DNA of 64,000 bases, taken from positions 44,052-108,051 of the forward strand of contig CAYROK010000001.1 of assembly GCA_964425975.1 (NCBI GenBank). Direction: 5' to 3'. Every line of letters starts with the position of its first letter. Within the stretch, counting starts at the first letter, position 1. Below the pieces are notes generated by a model. The model was given only the letters and a program-made list of their open reading frames with translations, was not told the DNA's origin and did not search any database. Source of the stretch: an uncultured Candidatus Saccharibacteria bacterium (GTDB taxonomy: Bacteria; Patescibacteriota; Saccharimonadia; Saccharimonadales; UBA4665). The translations under genes and the position numbers were made by a program. Below, piece after piece: positions 44,599-57,000 of the stretch.

Positions 44599-45543
44599 CT
44601 ATTTTTTGCGGTGCTTAGCTGTGGTCACTACCATGTGAGCACTCTCTGGAATAAATGCGGCACTAATTACCCCCGCACGTTTAAAGGCCACAATTTCCTC
44701 TTCAAGTAAATTCCCAATTATATTAGCGAGTCGAGTCTGAGATCCAATCACAAACGTTTCCCAGTCTCTACCATCTTTGATCCCGCGCACAACTGATTGA
44801 AAGCTCTTTCTTGTACTTTCGTCCAATGCAGGTGGAACAACCGCAAAACGAGAATCTAAAAATACCTCTATTGAAGCGTCGTTTCCATTACCAGGTAACT
44901 GTACGACACCGTCTACTAATGCTATGCGTCGGCGAATTTGGGGAAAACCCTTCGATTGCAACTCTTCAGAACTGGTGACCAGACTATAGACCCGTTTATG
45001 CCCTCTCTGGCCACGACCGCCATGCGTTACCAAGGAACGCACCGTCAAATCTTCCTCGAGTAGTGCATCTTGCAGGGTAACCGGAAAACGCCTCAGCAAC
45101 TCCATAAATCCGTTTTCGCCTTGTAAGGCACCCCAATTACCATACTGACCACGTACTCCGCCCAAATCAAGACCTGGACGCCTGCGCTCAACGTCATCTC
45201 TGGATCGAGCCGTATGAACAGCGCGAGCGAAAAGAGCGACAAGCCGACCCTGAGTGTTCCGCTTACCGGCTATCCTTAAATAATCCTCTGCAAAACCATT
45301 TTTATTGAGCGACAACAGTGTTTCTTTTTCCGAAGCGTCTCTATGTGCTGTTATCGCCATAGCATGGCACGCGAGTGCTTCACGTAAAGTAGCACCGTCA
45401 ACCTTAACCCCTTGCGTATGCATAACGCTTACTAAAGCGTCTATATTTTCTTGCGGAGGGCTTTCTAGGCCACGCATAAACCAACCCGGGTGAGCTGGAT
45501 GATCAGTCTTCATAGGTGTATGTAGAACTTCTGGCATGGACAT
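44599..45543 (-). CDS. hypothetical 314-aa protein inserted between rpsJ and rplC
   Basis: ORF track; no motif I recognise; own promoter in leaderless layout. Confidence 0.6.
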   Translation of the reverse strand: MSMPEVLHTPMKTDHPAHPGWFMRGLESPPQENIDALVSVMHTQGVKVDGATLREALACHAMAITAHRDASEKETLLSLNKNGFAEDYLRIAGKRNTQGRLVALFARAVHTARSRDDVERRRPGLDLGGVRGQYGNWGALQGENGFMELLRRFPVTLQDALLEEDLTVRSLVTHGGRGQRGHKRVYSLVTSSEELQSKGFPQIRRRIALVDGVVQLPGNGNDASIEVFLDSRFAVVPPALDESTRKSFQSVVRGIKDGRDWETFVIGSQTRLANIIGNLLEEEIVAFKRAGVISAAFIPESAHMVVTTAKHRKK

Positions 45544-45550
45544 AATCTTT

Positions 45551-45579
45551 ATTATAACACACTATGCTTGACTTGTCTA
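45551..45579 (-). promoter_or_regulatory. promoter of the 314-aa orphan (leaderless layout)
   Basis: minus-sense TAGACA-17 nt-TATAAT-aaagatt-ATG. Confidence 0.65.
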
Positions 45580-45662
45580 TGACCGCATGTTGGGCTCTTT
45601 TTAGATGTGAATTCTAAAATTATGTGTACCCTGTCGACGATAGGGGTCATTAACTCAAGGGG

Positions 45663-45995
45663 TTACATCTTGATTTCGACGTCGCAGCCAGCAGGTAGAC
45701 TCAAGTTCATGAGGCTGTCGATGGTCTTGGGAGTCGGTTCAAATACGTCGATCAAGCGTTTGTGGACGCGCATTTCGAACTGTTCGCGGCCTTTTTTGTA
45801 GACGTGTGGGCTTTTGACAACTGTGAACGTGCTCTTGCGAGTAGGGAGCGGGATTGGCCCGGCCAGGCTAGCACCGGTACGCAGTGCCGTGTCGACGATC
45901 TGCTTTGCAGCTTGGTCAATGATTTTGTGGTCGTAGGCCTTGAGACGAATACGAATTCGTTGCTTACCAGTTGGTGTTTGGGTGGCGTCTGCCAT
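45663..45995 (-). CDS. rpsJ: 30S ribosomal protein S10
   Basis: 110 aa; [16 protein letters not shown]. Confidence 0.95.
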   Translation of the reverse strand: MADATQTPTGKQRIRIRLKAYDHKIIDQAAKQIVDTALRTGASLAGPIPLPTRKSTFTVVKSPHVYKKGREQFEMRVHKRLIDVFEPTPKTIDSLMNLSLPAGCDVEIKM

Positions 45996-46013
45996 ACATA
46001 TCTCCTCCCCGGC

Positions 46014-46060
46014 ATTTCACCTGGGATGGCACTGTAACATCTTGACGATTCACTTGGGAT
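46014..46060 (-). promoter_or_regulatory. two copies of the ATCCCAGGTGAAAT leader box (rpsJ)
   Basis: mRNA sense ATCCCAGGTGAAAT (46014-46027) and ATCCCAAGTGAAT (46048-60); the proximal box ends 18 nt before the ATG. Confidence 0.6.
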
Positions 46061-46141
46061 TCGGCACGACTTTTAGTCAGCGCTATTAAAGTTTATGAGA
46101 GTACTGTAGCATTTTTGTCCTTAATATGCAACGCAGCTCCA

Positions 46142-46549
46142 CTAAGTCTTTTTGCGGAAACGTATGGCAGAGACAGCCTTTTTGTGAAATGGCTCTTTCG
46201 GAGCCTTAGCCGAGTACTCAGCAAACAATGTATCGATAAATTCATCCATTTCGTCATCTGACATGTTCGATGCCACGTTTGTTTCACCAGAGTCTTCAGC
46301 ACTATACTGAACCTGAGTAGAACCGGTATGAAAACTATGCAAACGATCATAGGCCCGGCGAGAAAGTGGATTTTTGAGAGTAGCATATGCTTTATTGAGT
46401 AACTGCATTTGCTCTAAAGTCCCACCGGTGTCCGGGTGTTGTTCTTTTGCAAGCCTCATGAAAATAGTCCGAATTTCAACCGATGACGCGTCCGGCAAAA
46501 TTCCAAAAAGCTCGTAGTAGTTAACAAACCCGCCTTCAAACGTAGCCAT
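46142..46549 (-). CDS. J-domain (DnaJ N-terminal domain only) protein
   Basis: NYYELFGILPDASSVEIRTIFMRLAKEQHPDTGG with HPD motif; ATG 46549 lies 6 nt after TATACT (46556-46561); the rest has no G/F or zinc-finger region. Confidence 0.75.
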   Translation of the reverse strand: MATFEGGFVNYYELFGILPDASSVEIRTIFMRLAKEQHPDTGGTLEQMQLLNKAYATLKNPLSRRAYDRLHSFHTGSTQVQYSAEDSGETNVASNMSDDEMDEFIDTLFAEYSAKAPKEPFHKKAVSAIRFRKKT

Positions 46550-46573
46550 GGCTACAGTATACGCCAAGCCGAC

Positions 46574-47035
46574 TCAGGTAAGCGAAACTCCTGCCTCTTT
46601 TGCTATAACCAGGACTTGGGCATGAGCGAAACGGATCTTTTTTTCAAGTGACATGTGGGAAAGATTTTTACTGCCACGCTGTAGATCGGCAAGCATTTCG
46701 TAAATATCTTTAATATCATTCTCAACGGCTTCCACTCTACCTTCAAGTTTATCTAGCCGTCGATTGACCTCGCCAAACCCGCGGTGCATCTCTGACTCTA
46801 AGCTAGAAACATGTGTCTCAACTTTATACAGTCGGGATTCTACGCCGTCGAGCCGTGATTCAACGCCGTCGAGGCGGGATTCAACGCCGTCGAGTCGGGA
46901 TTCTACACCGTCGAGCCGAGACTCGATCCGGTCAAATCGTGCATCCATTTCATCAAATTTTGGCAGAACCAGCGCTTCAAACCCCTCGGCAAAAACCTGG
47001 CGCATAGTGTTTACGTCTTTGACTGTCAAACTCAT
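46574..47035 (-). CDS. coiled-coil protein with five ESRLDGV-type heptads
   Basis: 153-aa ORF; 21-nt tandem repeats 46834-46938; N-terminal FDEMDARFDRIE motif shared with ORF 48494-48805. Confidence 0.65.
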   Translation of the reverse strand: MSLTVKDVNTMRQVFAEGFEALVLPKFDEMDARFDRIESRLDGVESRLDGVESRLDGVESRLDGVESRLYKVETHVSSLESEMHRGFGEVNRRLDKLEGRVEAVENDIKDIYEMLADLQRGSKNLSHMSLEKKIRFAHAQVLVIAKEAGVSLT

Positions 47036-47044
47036 AGTGCAGCT

Positions 47045-47073
47045 ATTGTACGTCGTAGGGCAGACCCTTTCAA
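47045..47073 (-). promoter_or_regulatory. promoter of the coiled-coil gene
   Basis: minus-sense TTGAAA-17 nt-TACAAT, 9 nt before the ATG. Confidence 0.6.
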
Positions 47074-47096
47074 GCCGTTATGCACAGTTGTTTTTA

Positions 47097-47130
47097 CAGC
47101 AAAAAAGCGCTCCTAGGTGGAGCGCTTTTC
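47097..47130 (-). terminator. intrinsic (bidirectional) terminator after tuf
   Basis: AGCGCTCC-taggt-GGAGCGCT flanked by A6 and T4. Confidence 0.8.
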
Positions 47131-47156
47131 TGTTGCGGGAGAAATCCCAGGTGAAA

Positions 47157-48338
<1,182 letters not shown>

Positions 48339-48446
48339 GTATGTATGGTCTCCTATTTGATTAATTAATAGTTGTTCACGCGGTCCATATTGCCTGATGT
48401 GTCGAGAGACTACTACAGCAACGCCCTCACGCGAGATACGGTGTTA

Positions 48447-48476
48447 AGTATAGCCTAGTAACTGGGTGAAAATCAA
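48447..48476 (-). promoter_or_regulatory. candidate promoter of tuf
   Basis: minus-sense TTGATT-18 nt-TATACT, about 105 nt upstream of the ATG. Confidence 0.5.
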
Positions 48477-48493
48477 GTTATTTTTAACCCAAT

Positions 48494-48805
48494 TTATTCG
48501 TACTTGAGTTTGAGGTCAAGTTTGTCGGCTATCTGAAAAATCCATTTTTCCATACGTGCTTGCTGGTGATCACGCGCTACGTTGTCTGCAAAAATATCTT
48601 CAATCCTTTTCAGATGATTATCGAGTAGGCTGTAAATGTGATCGATCTTTTTATCTATCTCATCGAAACGCTTGTCGTGTTCCAACTGTTTTTGCTCCAT
48701 CCGGAACATGCGCGCGTCCATGGCGTCAAACCGAGCGGAAAACATCTGGGTCAAATCAGCAATTGACCCCGCGATATCATCTAAATCAACCGGCTTTTTC
48801 GTCAT
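48494..48805 (-). CDS. small coiled-coil protein, paralog-like to 46574-47035
   Basis: start at ATG 48805 (MTKKPVDLDD...) because the longer ORF overlaps fusA; FDAMDARMFRME motif. Confidence 0.55.
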   Translation of the reverse strand: MTKKPVDLDDIAGSIADLTQMFSARFDAMDARMFRMEQKQLEHDKRFDEIDKKIDHIYSLLDNHLKRIEDIFADNVARDHQQARMEKWIFQIADKLDLKLKYE

Positions 48806-48824
48806 AGTAGTGAGCAGTATATAC

Positions 48825-50912
48825 CTATTTGCTGTTTTTGGCGATGATAGCGTCGGCGACGTTGTTTGGTACGTCGGCATAGTGGTCAAGCTCCATACTT
48901 GAACTAGCACGACCTTGGCTCATTGAGCGCAAATTGGTCGTATAGCCAAACATCTCACCCAGTGGAACAAACGCTGTGATTTCCTTGATCCCGGATGAAA
49001 GATCTTCCATGGACTCGATGCGACCACGCTTGCTGTTGAGATCACCGATGACGTCACCCATGAATTCTTCTGGGGTAACAACGACTACTTTCATGACTGG
49101 TTCGAGCAGGACCGGGCTGGCTTTTTTGAAGCCTTCCTGGAAGCCCATCGAACCGGCGATACTGAAGGCCATTTCGTTGGAGTCGACTTCGTGGTAGCTA
49201 CCATCGTACAGCTCGACTTTAACATCGACCACTGGATAGCCTGCGAGCACACCATTGCTCAGGGCTTCCTCGATGCCCTTGCGGACAGCTGGGATGTATT
49301 CACTCGGGACGACACCACCCTTGATGCTATTGATGAACTCAAAGCCTGCGCCCTGTTCGTTTTGACTGAGGCGAAGCCAGACGTCACCGTACTGACCACG
49401 ACCACCAGACTGGCGGACAAATTTACCCTGAGCCTCAACCGCATCCTTGCGGATTGTTTCGCGGTAAGCAACTTGTGGCTGACCAATGTTAGCCTCAACA
49501 TTAAACTCACGTTTCATGCGGTCAACAAGAATTTCCAGGTGGAGTTCACCCATACCGGAAATGATTGTCTGGCCAGTTTCGTCATCGACCCGAACGCGGA
49601 ATGTTGGGTCTTCTTCTGCCAAGCGTTGGAGGGCAAGACTCATTTTTTCCTGGTCGGCTTTCGTTTTGGGCTCGATGGCAATAGAAACAGGGGGTTCTGG
49701 GAAGGTGATGTTTTCAAGCTGAATGGGATGAGCAGGGTCACAAAGCGTATTGCCTGTGGTTGTTCCCTTAAGCCCTACGATAGCGGCGATATCTCCGGCA
49801 ACAACTTCTGTTACGTCTTCGCGCTTATCAGCCTGCATACGGACAATACGCCCAACACGCTCTTTTTCGCCAGTTGAACTGTTTAGAACATACGAACCGG
49901 CCTTGAGTACACCAGAGTACACTCGGTAGTAGGCGAGTTTGCCGACGAATGGGTCGGTTGTGATCTTAAAAGCGAGGCCCGATAGCGGTTCGCTATCGCT
50001 GTGTTTGCGCTCGATCTCGTCGCCTGTTTTCGGCTGGACGCCCCATGTGTTAGCACGGTCGTTTGGTGCTGGCAGGTAGTCGTTGACCATGTCGAGCACT
50101 TTTTCGACAATAACACCACGACCGTCGCCTCCAGTTACTGCATAGAATTTCCCGCTCAGTACCGCGCTGCGAATAGCCTGTTTGATCTCTTCAACACTGA
50201 GGCCTTCTTCGCCGACTTCAAAGTATTTCTCGAGCATGGCTTCGTCTTCGGCGACGGCATTTTCGATAAGCAGGCTACGATATTTTTTCACCTGATCGAT
50301 CATATCCGCCGGCACTTCGCTTTCGACAAGCTCATGGTCATGAAATTCGGTGTAGGTGTAAGCCTTCATAGTAACGAGGTCAACCACGCCATTTATGGAC
50401 TGTTCAAACCCGATAGGCAGGTGCACAGGAAAGGCACGCTTACTCAGACGGTGATGAATGCTCTCGAGGCTCTTGTAGAAGTCGCCCCCGGTTTGGTTGA
50501 TTTTGTTGATGAAGCAGATACGTGGCACGCCGTATTTGTCGGCCTGGCGCCAGACTGTTTCAGACTGGCTTTCGACGCCCATTTTGCCGTCGAAAACCAC
50601 ACAAGCACCATCGAGCACACGAAGTGAGCGCTCCACCTCGGCGGTGAAGTCGATGTGACCGGGCGTGTCGATGATATTGATCTGGTGACCTTTCCAGTAA
50701 CATGTCACGGCAGCAGACACGATAGTAATACCGCGTTCGCGTTCCTGAGCCATCCAGTCAGTCGTGGTTTCGCCCTCGTGGACGGCACCGATTTTGTGCT
50801 TGAGACCGGTGCGGTACAAAATACCTTCGGTCGTCGTCGTTTTACCCGCGTCGATATGGGCGATGATGCCCATATTGCGGATATCTTTCATAAGTACTTT
50901 CTTATCTGCCAT
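48825..50912 (-). CDS. fusA: elongation factor G
   Basis: start at ATG 50912 ([26 protein letters not shown]). Confidence 0.97.
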   Translation of the reverse strand: MADKKVLMKDIRNMGIIAHIDAGKTTTTEGILYRTGLKHKIGAVHEGETTTDWMAQERERGITIVSAAVTCYWKGHQINIIDTPGHIDFTAEVERSLRVLDGACVVFDGKMGVESQSETVWRQADKYGVPRICFINKINQTGGDFYKSLESIHHRLSKRAFPVHLPIGFEQSINGVVDLVTMKAYTYTEFHDHELVESEVPADMIDQVKKYRSLLIENAVAEDEAMLEKYFEVGEEGLSVEEIKQAIRSAVLSGKFYAVTGGDGRGVIVEKVLDMVNDYLPAPNDRANTWGVQPKTGDEIERKHSDSEPLSGLAFKITTDPFVGKLAYYRVYSGVLKAGSYVLNSSTGEKERVGRIVRMQADKREDVTEVVAGDIAAIVGLKGTTTGNTLCDPAHPIQLENITFPEPPVSIAIEPKTKADQEKMSLALQRLAEEDPTFRVRVDDETGQTIISGMGELHLEILVDRMKREFNVEANIGQPQVAYRETIRKDAVEAQGKFVRQSGGRGQYGDVWLRLSQNEQGAGFEFINSIKGGVVPSEYIPAVRKGIEEALSNGVLAGYPVVDVKVELYDGSYHEVDSNEMAFSIAGSMGFQEGFKKASPVLLEPVMKVVVVTPEEFMGDVIGDLNSKRGRIESMEDLSSGIKEITAFVPLGEMFGYTTNLRSMSQGRASSSMELDHYADVPNNVADAIIAKNSK

Positions 50913-51225
50913 TGTGAACTGTTCCCTTTCCGAATGCAAAATCATGAAGTTCTTCCTGTGTAAAAAGTACCCCAATAATCGCACCTACTAGTCGCTTTTT
51001 ATCTATATCGCCCAGTGCCTCTACATTTTTACGGTCTGAGGCATACCAGTCGGCCATTAATCTTTGTTTGCCATCAACGAAACCTGGATACTGGATCATT
51101 TCTTCGCGCCACTCTTCGGGCTTCATGCCAGAGAAATCTTCATTCGGATAGATACGAAATCCTTCAACTACTAAATCAAGCATCTCAGCAGAACTTTCTG
51201 CTGAATGATATAGGCTGCCAACCAT
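50902..51225 (-). CDS. hypothetical 107-aa protein filling the rpsG-fusA spacer
   Basis: ATG 51225 is separated by 1 nt from the rpsG stop codon, GAGAGG SD upstream; the stop overlaps the fusA start by 11 nt. Confidence 0.6.
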   Translation of the reverse strand: MVGSLYHSAESSAEMLDLVVEGFRIYPNEDFSGMKPEEWREEMIQYPGFVDGKQRLMADWYASDRKNVEALGDIDKKRLVGAIIGVLFTQEELHDFAFGKGTVHNGR

Positions 51226-51226
51226 C

Positions 51227-51706
51227 TTAGCCTCTCGCAAAGTGCGCGAAGGCGCGGTTAGCTTCGGCCATACGATGCGTGTCTTCACGCTTTTTCACGG
51301 CAGAACCTTGGTTGTTGTAGGCGTCCATCAGTTCGGCAGCGATGCGATCAGCCATGCTCATACCTTTGCGGGCACGAGCTGCCTGCACAAACCACATGGT
51401 AGTAAGGTGGTTTTGACGCTGACCTTTGACCTCAAATGGGATCTGGTAGTTTGCGCCACCAACTCGGCGAGAGCGGGTTTCTAGGTTTGGACGAATGTTG
51501 CCAAATGCTTGCTCAAACACATCGAGCGGGTTGTCTACCTTGAGCTTTTTGGCTGCATTTTCCATACCGGTGTAGACCAAACGCTCAGCAACTTGCTTTT
51601 TGCCATCGCGCATGACACGGTTGATGAGCCGCTGTACAGGAACGCTATTGTAGATACGATCTGCCGGAATATCCCGGACGAGTGATGCGGTTACTTTCCT
51701 AGGCAT
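51227..51706 (-). CDS. rpsG: 30S ribosomal protein S7
   Basis: 159 aa; MPRKV...PVQRLINRVMRDGKK. Confidence 0.95.
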   Translation of the reverse strand: MPRKVTASLVRDIPADRIYNSVPVQRLINRVMRDGKKQVAERLVYTGMENAAKKLKVDNPLDVFEQAFGNIRPNLETRSRRVGGANYQIPFEVKGQRQNHLTTMWFVQAARARKGMSMADRIAAELMDAYNNQGSAVKKREDTHRMAEANRAFAHFARG

Positions 51707-51929
51707 TTGCTGACTCCTTTACGGCAGAGTAAGCTAAGACCCTAGCAGCTTCTTCTTCAAGTGTAGCTCCTGGCCTCATCTCTTGCCTACGATCATCAAG
51801 TGTTTTTAAGGGGCACGTTTCAGTGTCTGCAAAAAGAACGCAGTACTGAGCACAAAGTCGTTCTTTATCAGGGGCATTAATCCTTAGTGATTCTGGGGTG
51901 GGACAATGTTTAGTAGTGATCATATTCAT
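51699..51929 (-). CDS. hypothetical 76-aa Cys-containing protein filling the rpsL-rpsG spacer
   Basis: ATG overlaps the rpsL stop (TAATG), AAGGAG SD 6-7 nt upstream; the stop overlaps the rpsG ATG by 8 nt; Cys at 9, 26, 30, 39. Confidence 0.6.
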   Translation of the reverse strand: MNMITTKHCPTPESLRINAPDKERLCAQYCVLFADTETCPLKTLDDRRQEMRPGATLEEEAARVLAYSAVKESANA

Positions 51930-52342
51930 TATTTGCTCTCCTTCTTGGCACCGTACTTGCTACGGCCCTGTTTGCGGTTCTGGACACCTTGGAGGTCGAG
52001 TGTGCCTCGCACAATGTGGTAGCGCACACCAGGAAGATCTTTCACGCGACCACCTCGAATCATGACGACAGCGTGCTCCTGCAGGTTGTGACCTTCGCCA
52101 CCGATGTATGCCCAGACTTCATAACCATTGCCGAGGCGCACGCGGGCGACCTTACGCAGGGCTGAGTTTGGTTTCTTTGGTGTTTTGGTCGTGACCTTGA
52201 CGCATACGCCGCGCTTGAATGGTGCGGCTTTTTCGTAGCTTTTGGTCTTTAGGTTATTGGTGACGCGCATCAGCGCTGGTGACTTTGTCTTCGTGGTCAC
52301 CTTGGTACGTGGTTTACGCACCAGTTGGTTTATAGTAGGCAA
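51929..52342 (-). CDS. rpsL: 30S ribosomal protein S12
   Basis: TTG start 52342 gives the canonical (M)[11 protein letters not shown]; the longer ORF to 52447 is leader sequence. Confidence 0.9.
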   Translation of the reverse strand: MPTINQLVRKPRTKVTTKTKSPALMRVTNNLKTKSYEKAAPFKRGVCVKVTTKTPKKPNSALRKVARVRLGNGYEVWAYIGGEGHNLQEHAVVMIRGGRVKDLPGVRYHIVRGTLDLQGVQNRKQGRSKYGAKKESK

Positions 52343-52362
52343 AACAATGCCCCTTTCTCCAG

Positions 52363-52408
52363 ATTTTACCTGGGATTCATTTTTTACGAAGAGAATTTCA
52401 CTTGGGAC
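52363..52408 (-). promoter_or_regulatory. two copies of the leader box (rpsL)
   Basis: mRNA sense ATCCCAGGTAAAAT (52363-76) and GTCCCAAGTGAAAT (52395-408); the proximal box ends 20 nt before the start codon. Confidence 0.6.
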
Positions 52409-52489
52409 TGTCGACAGCCCTAGGAAACACATCTCCTCTCCCGCCAAACCCGGCCAAAGCCGGAGGCTCGAATTTGATATTACCCCGTA

Positions 52490-52518
52490 ATTATAACAGA
52501 GAGACGATCGGTGTACAA
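52490..52518 (-). promoter_or_regulatory. promoter of the str operon
   Basis: minus-sense TTGTAC-17 nt-TATAAT, about 140 nt upstream of rpsL. Confidence 0.65.
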
Positions 52519-52553
52519 CCCCTTACAACATATGTGCTACACTGAAAGATACC

Positions 52554-53873
52554 ATGGAAACTACGGGAACAAAACTTTGCGTTGTAGGGTTAGGCTATGT
52601 CGGGTTGCCGCTGGCTGTTGAAGCTACTTCAAAGGGATGTAGCGTGACGGGCATAGACATAAATAAACCGTTGCTCAAAAAAATAGATGCACGACAATCT
52701 CCATACGCAAATGATACGCGGTTCGCGGCTGCAATTGCGAAAGTACCCCAAAGTCGGCTGACGACAACCACAGACTATGCTGTTATACATAAAATGAATA
52801 CTGTCATTATTTGCGTGCCAACTCCTACCGAACACAACGTACCAGACCTTGCTCTTGTGGAAGCAGCTACTAAAAGTGTTGGGACGCATCTGCAAAAAGG
52901 ACAGCTTATCGTGCTTGAAAGTACCGTAAACCCAGGGGTAACACGCGATATCGTATTACCTCTTTTAGAAAAGACTTCTGGTTTGCGTGTTGGACAAGAT
53001 TTTTACCTTGCACACTGTCCCGAGCGAATCGACCCAGGCAACCCAAAGTTGTACGTTGGCAATCTTAACCGCGTAGTTGGCGGCATCACTCCTGATTGTA
53101 CGAAAAAAGCTGCCGCATTTTATAAATCCATCATCAACGCTAAAATCATTCCACTAGGTTCGACCGAAGAAGCTGAGTTTGTCAAGTCGTGGGAAAATAC
53201 CCAACGGAATGTCATGATTGCCATGGCGAACAGTGCCGCTATAATCTGCGATGCGGTGGGTATGGATATCCTACGGGTACAAGAAGGATTGCAGTCCAAA
53301 GTTGACCAATTCGGCCTAAAACTTGCCGTTCCTGGGATTGGTCCAGGCGGCCACTGCATACCAGAGGACATACACTACGTCATCAAGCGTGCCCGCGAGA
53401 GCGGCATCGACACACGGTTCCTCGACGACGCGGCTGAGCTAAATGACCGTATGCCAAAATATGCCGTTCGTCGGCTAGGCGGACTGGTAAAAAAGAACGG
53501 CGAGAACCTGCGCGATTTGCGCATTGCCCTCCTAGGTCTTGCCTACAAGCCCGACATAAGCGACACACGAAAATCCGCGGCTATCGAGGCGGGATTTGTG
53601 CTCCAACGCTATGCTGGTTCTGTGACCGCTTACGATCCTTACGTTAAAAACCCAGAAAGTGTCAAGCCTTTTGACCTTTCAGTTTCGCTGGAAAGTGCAC
53701 TGCGAAGCTCCGACGCAATATTCATCGCAACTGCTCACAGTGAATTTAAAAAACTCCTTACCCCTGCTTTGCTCAAAAAACACCACATTCGTTACGTACT
53801 CGACGGCCGAAATATACTCGATAAGGCAGCTGTCGAGAAAGCAGGAATTGCCTACCGCGGCATCGGCCGATAA
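52554..53873 (+). CDS. UDP-glucose/GDP-mannose 6-dehydrogenase-family nucleotide-sugar dehydrogenase
   Basis: 439 aa; LCVVGLGYVGLPLA, catalytic GPGGHCIPED. Confidence 0.85.
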   Translation: METTGTKLCVVGLGYVGLPLAVEATSKGCSVTGIDINKPLLKKIDARQSPYANDTRFAAAIAKVPQSRLTTTTDYAVIHKMNTVIICVPTPTEHNVPDLALVEAATKSVGTHLQKGQLIVLESTVNPGVTRDIVLPLLEKTSGLRVGQDFYLAHCPERIDPGNPKLYVGNLNRVVGGITPDCTKKAAAFYKSIINAKIIPLGSTEEAEFVKSWENTQRNVMIAMANSAAIICDAVGMDILRVQEGLQSKVDQFGLKLAVPGIGPGGHCIPEDIHYVIKRARESGIDTRFLDDAAELNDRMPKYAVRRLGGLVKKNGENLRDLRIALLGLAYKPDISDTRKSAAIEAGFVLQRYAGSVTAYDPYVKNPESVKPFDLSVSLESALRSSDAIFIATAHSEFKKLLTPALLKKHHIRYVLDGRNILDKAAVEKAGIAYRGIGR

Positions 53874-53958
53874 CATCCTATAGACGAGATCATTTTACCT
53901 TCCCAAGTGTGTTTACATCCACCTGAAACCCAAGTTTTTCGAAATAGCTTATCTTGAA

Positions 53959-54002
53959 ATCAGAACAGAGCCGGCGCTATGCCGGACTCTGCTCTGATTT
54001 TT
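53959..54002. terminator. bidirectional terminator between convergent dehydrogenase and rpoC
   Basis: about 17-bp imperfect stem ATCAGAACAGAGCCGGC / GCCGGACTCTGCTCTGAT followed by TTTTT. Confidence 0.7.
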
Positions 54003-54018
54003 GACCGACTCGGTGTTG

Positions 54019-57000
54019 TCAGCCTTCGGCGCGAAAGATTTGGTCGTTATGGTACTCTTCGACCGGTTCATCGCCTTCGTCTAGGGCATTTGAGGCGCCG
54101 TATCCCGTACCAACCGGAATCTTACGTCCCAAAATAACATTTTCTTTGAGACCAAAGAGTTTATCTATACGACCAGATGTCGCAGCACCTATCAAGACAC
54201 GCGTTGTGTCCTGGAAGCTTGCGGCACTCAGGAACGAATCGGTCGAAAGCGATGCCTTTGTGATACCCAGTAGGAGCTGGTTAACCTTAGCAGGCTGTTT
54301 GTTTTCAGCAGTAAGTGCGTCGTTGGCTTCTACAACCGCCAACTTACTAACTACGTCACCGGTTACAAATTCGCTATCCCCTGCATCTTCGATTTGGACA
54401 CGACTAAACATTTGGCGCACGATGATTTCGAGGTGCTTATCTGAAATGTTCTGGCCTTGCCCAGCGAAAATGCCAAGAATTTCGTTCATGATGTAGCGCT
54501 GAGTTGGCTCGACTCCCTGCAGGCGCATGAGATCGTGCAGGTTGATAGAGCCGTTCGTTAGGCGCTGACCAGCCGTAACAACGTCGCCGTCTTTGACAAG
54601 CAGCTGTTTAAAGCCAGGGATTTCGTATCGTACGACGCTTTTACTGGTGGGTGTAATGATGACCGACTTGTCGGTGAGTTCTGCCTTACCTGCCATAGGG
54701 GAGATAAGCGGTTCTGCACCTTCGTCTTGGCTCGCAAGGACATCACCGATAGCAACATCACTGCCGCTGGCAATTTTCGGTGCACGTCCTTCTAGGGCAA
54801 GCTCTAGGTTTTCACGGTCATTGGCAGTAACCTGAACAATGTATTTCTCACCCTCTTCCCAGGCATTTACGACGCCATTGATATCAGCCAAGTATGCTTG
54901 ACCTTTTGGTGAACGAGCTTCAAAAAGTTCTTCCACGCGGGACAGACCCTGGGCAGTGTCATCGGCAACAACCGCACCAGAACGGTGCTTACTGTCGAGC
55001 GAAAGCTGCGTACCAGGTTCACCGATAGACTGAGCCGCAATGACACCAATTGGGTTATGACTGGTAACCAAATTACCCGTAGCAGGGTCGATTCCGTAGC
55101 TCTTCTGAGGAACGCCGTGAACGCTAGTAGCACTAAGTGCGCTACGAATCTTGATACCATCAAGTTTTTCGTCGGCATCAATAGCTTCGGCAGTGTCTTT
55201 CGAAAAGAGTTCACCGGCTTTGATGTGTCCCTTTACGTCCTCGGCTGCATAACGACCTTCAAGCCGTGAGGCGTAGGATACGCCGATTGCAGCGGCATCA
55301 GATCGAAGTAGCGCAAATCCAGGATCAGCAGCATCATCACTGTCATCGTCGATCGTGAACACGTCTTGTGACACGTCTACAAGACGACGAGTCAGATAGC
55401 CAGCGTCAGCTGTTTTAAGTGCGATGTCGATGACTGCCTTTCGAGTACCACGAGTACCGGTAAAGTATTCGAGCGGCGTCAAACCTTGCATGTAGCCAGC
55501 TTTAACCGGAAGCTCAATGATATTTCCTGCAGCATCCTGGAAAACACCAAGCATACCGACAGACATTTTCATTTGGCTAATGTTACCTCGAGCACCAGAG
55601 GTAATGGCAACAGCCATAGAGCCGTCCTGGCCTTTCATTTGCTCTGCAAGCAGATTTTGGACGCGTGTGTCAATTTTGGTCCAGTTCTCGACGGTTAAGC
55701 GATGGCGCTCATCTTCAGTAATGAAACCCTGTTCGAACTGGTCGGATATGCCAGCGCTCTTGGTCTCACCTTCTTTTAGAATATCGCCGAGGCCGTTAAT
55801 AGGCTCGAAGTCGCCCATGCCCATGCTAAGGCCGGAAAGTGTCGCATAGCGGAAACCAAGGTCTTTGAGGTTGTCGGCAATTTCGGCTGTCTTTTCTTGG
55901 CCGTACTTTGCGTAGACTGCAGCCATTACTTTTTGCAAACGCTTTTTCGTCATAGCTTCGTCTTGGTAGATAAAGTCTTCGGGGAATATTTCGTTGAAGT
56001 AGAGTCGGCCAAGTGTTGTTTCTCTCAGCTCACCACGGAAGTGAACAATCAAGCGGCTTTGGAGGGTAATTACACCGGCGTCAAATGCCATTGATGCTTC
56101 GTTAAGACTTGAGAACGATTTGACGGTCTTCTCTTTTCCTGGCCGTTCGTACGTCAAGTAGTAGCAGCCGAGGACGATGTCTTGCTCGATGTGCAGAATA
56201 GGCGAACCATCCGCCGGTTTCAAAAGGTTGCGATTAGCGGACATGATATCGCGTGCTTCATGCTGCGCTGCGTCGCTCAATGGCAAGTGAACTGCCATTT
56301 GGTCACCGTCAAAGTCAGCGTTGAAGCCCTTACATACGAGCGGATGAAGCTGGATAGCACGACCCTCTATGAGTACGGGCTGAAAGGCCTGAATACTCAA
56401 TCGATGTAGTGATGGAGCACGGTTCAGTAACACGTACTTACCGGTGATGACATCGTCGAGAGCATCCCAAACTTCAGTTTCGCCGGTTTCAATCATGCGT
56501 GTGGCACTGCGAATATTGTGGGCCTGCTCACGTGCAATGAGCTCGCCAATCACAAATGGCTTAAAGAGTTCTAGCGCCATCATTTTCGGCAAGCCACACT
56601 GATTAATTTTTAGTTCTGGGCCTGCAACAATTACAGATCGTCCCGAATAGTCTACGCGCTTACCAAGCAGGTTCTGGCGGAACCGACCCTGCTTGCCTTT
56701 GAGCATATCGCTGAGGCTCTTAAGGCGGCGGCGCTGACCGGTGGCGGCAACAGCACGACCGCTACGGGCGTTGTTGTTATCGATAAGCGCATCAACCGCC
56801 TCTTGAAGCATGCGTTGTTCATTGCGGCGAATGACTTCTGGTGCATTTAGTTCCATGAGCTTTTTCAAACGGTTGTTTCGGTTGATAACACGACGATACA
56901 AGTCGTTGAGATCGCTGGTCGCAAATCGTCCACCTGTCAGCTGAACCATAGGACGCAAATCTGGCGGAATCACCGGGAGAACCGAGAGACATGTGCTCTC